DNA of 64,000 bases from an uncultured archaeon. GTDB lineage: Archaea > Asgardarchaeota > Lokiarchaeia > Sigyniarchaeales > SOKP01. Positions 9,856 through 18,100 of the stretch are shown here, one piece after another (position 1 is the stretch's first letter; every line of letters starts with the position of its first letter). The DNA lies in NCBI GenBank assembly GCA_964508365.1, contig CAZDTP010000014.1, positions 1 to 64,000 on the forward strand, read 5' to 3'. The position numbers were made by a program, and so were the translations under genes. Under the pieces are notes generated by a model. That model saw only the letters and a program-made list of their open reading frames with translations, was not told the origin of the DNA and searched no databases.

Positions 9856-9997
9856 AGATTTGAGTAAATCTTCTGGCATTGGTGGAAGTAAATTAAAGGA
9901 AATCTTAAATTTTCTGGTTAGAGAAGGGCTTATTAAAGAATATACTACTAATCAGGGTGTAGGGCGACCTGGAATTAATTATAGTATAGTAGAATAA
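9842..9997 (+). CDS. Uncalled winged helix-turn-helix ORF (51 aa), or frameshifted C-terminal domain of PolB2
   Basis: MIKTRDLSKSSGIGGSKLKEILNFLVREGLIKEYTTNQGVGRPGINYSIVE*. The frame is open from 9812 (KVLSVIEDTA) and overlaps the polB2 stop. Confidence 0.7.
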   Translation: MIKTRDLSKSSGIGGSKLKEILNFLVREGLIKEYTTNQGVGRPGINYSIVE

Positions 9998-10034
9998 AAA
10001 TATAAAAAAAAAAGAAAATAATTTTACGGTAAAA

Positions 10035-10589
10035 TTAGATAATAAAAGGAAACAGAAAGAAGTCTAAAAAGATAGCAACTAAACATATAAATTCCATTAT
10101 AACCCATAAATTTCTTTTTATGCTCCTTAAACCTTTGAGGGATTTCCCTGAATAACTAATTGTATTGTAGATTATAATCATTATCCATGCAACTACCAAA
10201 AAAACGATAGGGAGCAATAACGCGTATAATACTTGTCCGATAAAGTCTAATAAGTACACATAACCCAAAATTGAAAAACCGATTATAACTAAAGTAAAAC
10301 CCATACCAAAAGTATATTCTGCGAAGCTCACGAATCGATTAACTTTTATCTCATCAAAATCCTCTAATTTTAGCTCAAATTGCGCCCTTGAATTTGCAGA
10401 AACAGAATTTACAAACAGAATAAATGCTATCATTAGCAAGAAAGTAACTGTAACAATTCCTCTTGTTGGAGGTACCTGCCATACTAAAGCAAGAATCGTT
10501 AATACTGCTCCAATCATGACAGTGCTAAGAACAATCCAATCCCTTACGTTTAAAATTGTGTTTTGGCTTTTCTCTTCCATTTTACTCAC
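10035..10589 (-). CDS. Hypothetical membrane protein (about 5 TM)
   Basis: 184-aa ORF with several hydrophobic segments; no family recognised. Confidence 0.75.
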   Translation of the reverse strand: MSKMEEKSQNTILNVRDWIVLSTVMIGAVLTILALVWQVPPTRGIVTVTFLLMIAFILFVNSVSANSRAQFELKLEDFDEIKVNRFVSFAEYTFGMGFTLVIIGFSILGYVYLLDFIGQVLYALLLPIVFLVVAWIMIIIYNTISYSGKSLKGLRSIKRNLWVIMEFICLVAIFLDFFLFPFII

Positions 10590-10774
10590 GATAAATATTG
10601 TTTATATTTAATTTATTTTTTGAACTAATTATTATAAAATTTCTCTTTTTCATCAAAATTTAGTAATCAATTGAAGTTTTCGTATTTTTTTTGAATTTGT
10701 TCAGTTAATTGTTCAAAAAAATATTCAATATATTTATAAATGAATATTTCATATTAATGATATGAAGGTGGTTA

Positions 10775-11740
10775 ATGATGGAAATAATGAATGAAATGAA
10801 TAGAAAAAAATTGATTATCGAATCACAAAAATATGGAGCTATAAGCCTACGGCGTCAAAAGTTAAGGGTGCATAAAAATGGAGCAAAATTTCCTATAAGT
10901 AAAGCGTATATTGATGACGAACTCCTAGATCCTGAAATTTCTTATACTCTTATTTTAATACCTGAGATCAAGATTGCGAACCAAACAATTGTTTCCCTAA
11001 CTTTTTTTAATAGAAAAAGAGGACCACTTATCTACTATTATTTTCCTGAGAATTCTTTAAATATGACAGAAAAAGCTATCATAACCGATATAATGATGTC
11101 CGCATCTAATGAAAGATACTTTATTCAACAATCGAGTAATTTATCTTCATTAAATTATTATTTTGAAATTTACTCTGATTGGGCTCGCGGGAAGAAAGAG
11201 ATGTTAATGATTAGTGTTATCCTCAATACGAAAATAACTAAGTCAATTGAAGACGTGGTTCTTTCGATTTGTATCGATTTTCAAACAGAATTGACATCTA
11301 TTAAAGATATCTACAAGGCATTATATGATAAATTTTTAGATTCATTTTCCGATGAAGAACAATCTGATATAGAAAAAATCAGTAGAGATTTACATATGAA
11401 AATAAAAGAATTTTATAAAAAAATAAGAATGTTAAACAGTCAAAAATTTGCAAAGGTTATATTCAAAGGTTCAATGGAAATCGAAAAGAAATTAGACTTA
11501 ACTCAAATAGCTCAAGGAATTCAAGAGGCAGAGTTTAATCCAGAGAGATTTCCAGGATTAGTTATGAAAATTGAGAAACCAAGCGCCACAATTCTTTTAT
11601 TTTCTGATGGTAAATTAATGATAACCAATTTGAAAAATACATCTGAAGTAGATACATTGGTTGATATTTTTATGGAAAAACTTAAGAGTATAGGTATCAT
11701 AATACCTAAACCAGAAATTACATTAGAAAGTACCAAATAA
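10775..11740 (+). CDS. Multidomain protein: AbrB-like N-terminus, longin/uDENN-like domain, single TBP repeat
   Basis: C-terminal KLDLTQIAQGIQEAEFNPERFPGLVMKIEKPSATILLFSDGKLMIT is a TBP repeat. Central FFNRKRGPLIYYYFPE and SDWARGKKEMLMISVI resemble the FLCN/SMCR8 uDENN. Confidence 0.78.
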   Translation: MMEIMNEMNRKKLIIESQKYGAISLRRQKLRVHKNGAKFPISKAYIDDELLDPEISYTLILIPEIKIANQTIVSLTFFNRKRGPLIYYYFPENSLNMTEKAIITDIMMSASNERYFIQQSSNLSSLNYYFEIYSDWARGKKEMLMISVILNTKITKSIEDVVLSICIDFQTELTSIKDIYKALYDKFLDSFSDEEQSDIEKISRDLHMKIKEFYKKIRMLNSQKFAKVIFKGSMEIEKKLDLTQIAQGIQEAEFNPERFPGLVMKIEKPSATILLFSDGKLMITNLKNTSEVDTLVDIFMEKLKSIGIIIPKPEITLESTK

Positions 11741-11902
11741 TTAGCTATTATTAGTTTAAAATTAAATAATTAATCACTTTTTTCTCACCTTTATTTAAAG
11801 TTAAATTATGTTCTCACGCTTTCTAATATCATTTTAAATATGATTTTTTAGTAATTTAACAGTCTCTATAGCTTTATTTTTGTTTAATGTTGAATTAAAA
11901 TT

Positions 11903-12076
11903 ATGTCATCAAAAGTAGTCTCTTATTTCGATTGGTCCTTAGGATTTAGAAGTAATTCTCCTGTTAATTCTCCTAAATTTAAAAGTATGAAAAAATCCAG
12001 CTTGAATTCAATTGGAATATCAGATGATGAATTTAAGAACCATTTAAGTAAATGGAAGAAAAATAATCTTTCTTAA
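11903..12076 (+). CDS. Possible small protein (57 aa, below the track cut-off)
   Basis: MSSKVVSYFDWSLGFRSNSPVNSPKFKSMKKSSLNSIGISDDEFKNHLSKWKKNNLS* fills an otherwise empty intergenic gap. Confidence 0.4.
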   Translation: MSSKVVSYFDWSLGFRSNSPVNSPKFKSMKKSSLNSIGISDDEFKNHLSKWKKNNLS

Positions 12077-12175
12077 ACCTAATAATTCAACTACTTTTCG
12101 GATTTTCTTGTTTTATTTAATATATTTGTTCTTCATCTTAATTCTTAGAGTTCGAATAATAAAAACCAATTAAAA

Positions 12176-15100
12176 CTATATAACAATTTCAGCAAGATAA
12201 AGAACAACTAATAATATAGCCCAAATAACTGTTAGTACTATTAAAATTATAGTAGTATAAAACCTCCATTTTATTGAAATCTTCTGTTTCTTTTCAATTC
12301 TGTAAATATAAATCGCAAGTATTGCTCCTAATATAATTATTGAGGATAATATCAGAATTATTCCAAAAATAATTGAGGTTAGGTACGGTAATATTAAAGC
12401 AAATACGAATATGGTAAAACTTATCCAAAGTGTTATAAAACGTTGCATTCTTTGTTTAAAAGCTTGATCTAAATCATCTGTTTTCCCGGTAGGGAGCAAA
12501 GAGATTAAAATTCCTGAAGTCGCTATACCTAAAAGAGATGCGTGATCCCATCTCAACAGACCCAGAACAATGTTGGAAAAGAGCATCCCTACTATTATAC
12601 CTATAAACAGGCACAAAATTGTTCCTATTAATCTAAAGTGCTTTTTTAAGAAATTGAGAGTGGAATAATAAAAATTAAGAAGGATATTTTTGACTTTAAT
12701 AAGAACAAATCGTAAATTATCAATAATATTGTTTAAGAATTTTTTCAATTCTTCAAACATAAAAATAAACAAATATAACATCATTCCTATTAATAACCAA
12801 GAGAAACTCCATCCAGATGAAGATAAATTAAAAGTAATTAAGCTTAATAGCAAAAACATTAATCCGGAGTATAAAAAGGAAAATAATTTGCTTTGTTTAA
12901 AAGGTTTGAATAGAACTAAATTTATTATCATAAAAATGAATAATGCTATGCTCAAGTTTAAAATTAGATTCGGATTTATAAAAAATTCTAATGTTATAAA
13001 AAGATCTAACGATAGAAGGGTTTCAATACAGATAAAACTTGAAATCCGAAGAAAATTCCTAGCCTTATCACTTACAACCTTAATATAATTGTCGATGAAG
13101 GTCAAAATTAGTAAGATAATAAACGATAATATCGATAAATTAAACGAAATAAAATAATCTGGATTAATATAATATAAAGGCCATGTGATTAAATCGAAGT
13201 AGACGATTAGAATTAGGCACTTTTTAATTTTGGATATATTGGAACTGATATAATCCCATTCTGATATTAACCTAAATAAGTATGCGATTTGTATTATAAA
13301 GAATATTATAGTGATAGGGAAAAGGTGTGGGAAAAACAATGAATTCCAATCAATGTAGAATAAGATCGAGAAACCTATCATAACGATCCATGAAGTGATG
13401 ATAAAAAAATTCGAGGTTTTCTTTAAAAACTTTAAAATAAACTTATCCAACAAACTAATCAAATGTGTTAGAATACTTAAAATCAGGATAGCTATATGGA
13501 ATACTATACCAAATGCAGTCAACGAATTAAAGATGTTGATTATTAGAAAGGCATATAAACCTATCCCTAAGAAATTCTGCCTATTAGTTTTCCATTTTCC
13601 AAATATTTCTAGCTTTTCGGGATTAATTTTACGCCTAATATTGAAATATGAGATGTTAGTGTAAAAGTGCATTAATAAAAATATCAAAAATATATAGAAA
13701 AGTGAAGATATTGAAAAACCATATAAATATAATAAAATCAGAGAAAGAGTCCAGGAGATATTTAAGAAACTTAAACAGTGGACAACATCCATATATCCTG
13801 CTTTTAAACGCTTTATACCATATATTTCCAAAATACTAATTATGAATAGAATAATTTGAGAATAGAGTAGACTCTGGATTAAGCCCGTAAATAACACAAA
13901 GAGTCCGAGAAATAAGACCGAAATCTCTAAGTAAATTGTAAATACTAAAATTGAAAAGAGTTTCCTTGTTTTAGTAACCCATTCCTCGTTTTTTATGATA
14001 TCTTTCGATAGATGTACCGTGTAATTAGTTAATAAAGTTTCAGACAGTATAACTAATGCCATTCTTAAAAAATCGAGGATTGCGAATGTTGTAAAGAGGG
14101 CGAGCCAAAAAATACCAAAAAATATTTGGAACGCTATGAAAGTAGAGAAAAGAATAATTTTCTTATACTTATCTTCGATTGTGCGATTTAAAAAACCATT
14201 TAACAGAAACATTAGAAATGAAAAGACAGCAAGAACGAAGCTCAAGGAAGGAATTCCTAATAATAATGGGTTGTAGGCTATTAACAGGTCATTTAAAAAT
14301 AGAGAAAGGTATATACTAATCACAAGAAAAATAGTATTCAGTAGAATTGATTGAGATTGATTTTTAATTTCTTTTATTTTGCTAGCATCATATTTGGTAA
14401 CTTCTTCGATATAGTAAGAAAGGTAATGTAAAGTATAGAACTGTAAGACCAGAAATATTACTAAAGTTAACACAAATAATGTTGCATCCGTTCCTGTAAT
14501 TTGGATAAAGTATATTAATCCTCCAACCGAAATTACAAGAAATGCTACGATATTAAACAAATAAGCGATCTTTTCTAAAATTCTCTTTAAAACATGGATA
14601 TCTAATAAGGTGGAGAGGAAAAATATAGCAACGGATAATAATATCGCTCCATATAAGCTAATAGTTATTAATTCCTGAATCAATCCAAAACTTAACAAAC
14701 CAAGTTCAAAATGCGATAGTAGGGACATAATAGAATCGAATTTGGTCATACCATAATCCTTTTCAGACTCTTGTTCTTCGATTTTCTTCATAAAAATTAA
14801 TCTTGATATCGAAAAATAAGCAGAATAAATCAAAAGTGAAAGCAAAACAATATAATAGAGTGATTGAAATAATTCAATGAATAATATGAATTGTAGAGTT
14901 AATAGTGTTAATGCTAAAGGTGTAATATACCACAAGATAAAACTATATTCATATAATACCGACCTAAGAAAAAGCAAATTGACAAATATGAATATCGCAC
15001 TCAATAAAAAGATAGATCCTGGCAAGAAAACATAAACCAATGATGAAAGAGTAAGCGATGTTCCAATCGATAAAATAGATAATGGAAATATTTTTTTAAG

Positions 15101-18100
15101 GGGCATTATCATTCGAAATCTGTTAAATACAAGAATTGAGCCGCCAAAAACAGTAATTGCTAAAGATAAAGCGATGATTTCGATATTAGGAATTAATATA
15201 AACGTGTTGTAGGTGAAAAATGAGAAATTTACAACTAGTATCGACGAGATAATGATGTTAAAAAAAGTTCTGTTGAGTTTAAGGATCCTAGAAGAAAACA
15301 GACTGAAAGCGAGTATTATAAAAGAGAGGTTAATTGATATAAAGAAATTTAGAATTATTGAATTTATGATCAAGAAAAGTGTTAGGAAAATGCCAATTAG
15401 AGAAAGAAAATATGAACCTATCAGTATAATGTTCTTCAAATTTTTTAAATTTGGGAAAAATGATAAAATAACGAAAAAGAATCCCAATACGATTAGATTA
15501 ATTGATAAGTTAATTTCTAATGGTAATAATATTACTTGGAATAACATAAAAAGGAAGCTTATGTTTATGAAAATGTAGAATAACCATAAGAGAGTTATGA
15601 TCTTCCACATTTTCATTCTATAAATAACCGGCATAAGAAGAGATACTGCAAAAACAAAAAACACTATATTTGTAATCACGATATTTTCAGAAAAAACATT
15701 TTGACTAAACCAGTATAAGAAGAACAAGCTAAAACTCCAAACTATTATTAGAATTGAAGAGAAATGTCTTTTAATCCATGAGTACCAAAAAGGTAGAGAA
15801 AGCAAAACACAAATTGTAAAACTTATTATAAATGAACCACTAATGTTGATTCCAAAGAGATTTAACGCATTAGTGTTAATATTAATATCGGTAAAACTCT
15901 CGTTAATGATATAAAAATTTACGAAGGGAACAATAATCCATAACCTCCACCCTGTTTTCCATATCACCCAAGAGAATTTCCAGTAGTAAAAACCTATTGA
16001 TAGGTAGAATAGAAGAATGCCAATATTGATGGTTATAATAAGCAAGAAAGGATCCCATACAGGTAAATTAAAAGAGGCATTTAAGAAAAAATACATTAAA
16101 GTTGGAATAGAAATAATGTAGGATGAAAAAGCAATATAAAAAGAACGTCGTCTGAAATTCTCAGGAGCTTTATTATAGGTTCCCACATAAGAAATACTGG
16201 TAACGCTTAAAGTTAGAGTGAATGTCAGTATTGGATTAAAATCTATAAAAATGGGATTATTAAATAGAATATAATAAGACAAGAAACTTATTAGGTTAAA
16301 AACCATAAGCAAAACACAAGGTCGGATGAACCACTTATAAAGATCATTTTTTTGCTTGTAGTAGAAATTACCTGTTAATATTAAAAATAAGAACAGAGAG
16401 AAAGAAATGTTATAAATTAAAGGAATTACGGTATTGTAGAGTAGTAAACTAAAGGTTATAATCGATATTAATATATATAAAGCGAATTTTTCGATTACAT
16501 TAACATTCCGTATGTTTAACACAATAGAAAAGAACAAGACAATCATTAACGAAAAATTGAAATAAAAAAGATAAAAAGGGAAGTCGAATATATCGAATGA
16601 AGGAAGTAACATATAATAATTTAATGTTATAATCAATCTTACTAAAATTAACCAGCTGAGTGAGAAGTAGCTAATAATTCGAAATACAAAATTGCGATTC
16701 CTATTGGAAATAAAGAAGTAGATCATAATAATAAAAAATACATAAGCAAAATATTCGAAAACACTCGGAAAGATAGAAAAGAAAGAAAGCATAAGTAGAG
16801 ATGGACCTAGTAATATTTTTATTAGTTTGAATTCAGACACATTCTCAATTGTATCATTGTATTTAACCAGATAATAATTGAACAACAAATATATACCACA
16901 GAATAAAACAATAAGTCGTAATGGTTGATATATGCTGTAAAATGGAAAAATTTGACTGTAATTCCAATATAATTCACTGAATATAATAATTAAGACAAAG
17001 TAGAAAATATAATAGATGAGTCTTTTATAAAGTGTTTGAGAATCATCAGAGATAAAAAAGTTATTTCTTAAATAATAAATAGTAATAGGACTGATGAAGA
17101 GTACAATTACTAAAGGTAAACCAATCCTTTGTATCAGAGATAATTGAGCAGGAATAATAAGAATATAGAAACACAATAAAATTTTAATTATTACCCATGC
17201 GGATAAATCAAAAGCCCACCTGATTCTTGAAAATTCAATTTTGAATAATTTACGACTGACAGTTGATACTATTAGGTAAGTTAACAAAAATATTCCAACA
17301 TATGTAGTTAAAGTTAATAGTATAGACTCTTGAAGCTGAAATAATGAATAAATATTATGAAATGGAAACAGGAAAATAGTAAGCGAAGCTACCATAAATT
17401 CGATGAAAAAATAAAATATGTTCTTAGTATATTCGTATATTTTGTAGATTCTGTAATAATCAAATTTACTTTGTTCGTTTTCAAATATCCGCTGCTTGAG
17501 ATTTTCAATTGGAATTAAGATAATAAGATTCAAAACAAGAAATACTAATGAGGAACAACTGATATCGATTCCAACATTATGAGTTATGGAGTTTAATACC
17601 GCAAAAAACTTCGCAGAGATAATAAAAGATAAAATCACCCAGGTGATAACCTGGCAAGTTTTAATAGAAACGAAATAGGATTCTTTAAGTTTATATTTAT
17701 CAAAGAGAAATTCTAAAAAAACTAAGAATCCAAAAAATAAAGCAATTGCAGCACTATTGATTATATAATAATCTACAGCTACACCTAATCTATTAAAATC
17801 TAATCCTATTATATAAGGAAGCGAAATTACTAATCCAGATATGACTAAACTGTCTATTATTAACATTCTCTCCATAAATTTAATGAAAACATTCTTATTT
17901 AGGGAATAAAACAGAGGTAATAATAGAGATATGCCTAAGATCAGCAGAGGAATATTATATGCATAAACAGAAGTAGATAGAAACAAAAATAGATAAAAAG
18001 AGATGAGAATACTGGTGAAACACATAGTAACTATATTAAATCCATTCGAAATTTTTTCTGAAAACAAAATTCTCTTCTTTGATAAAAAATTGATAATCAA

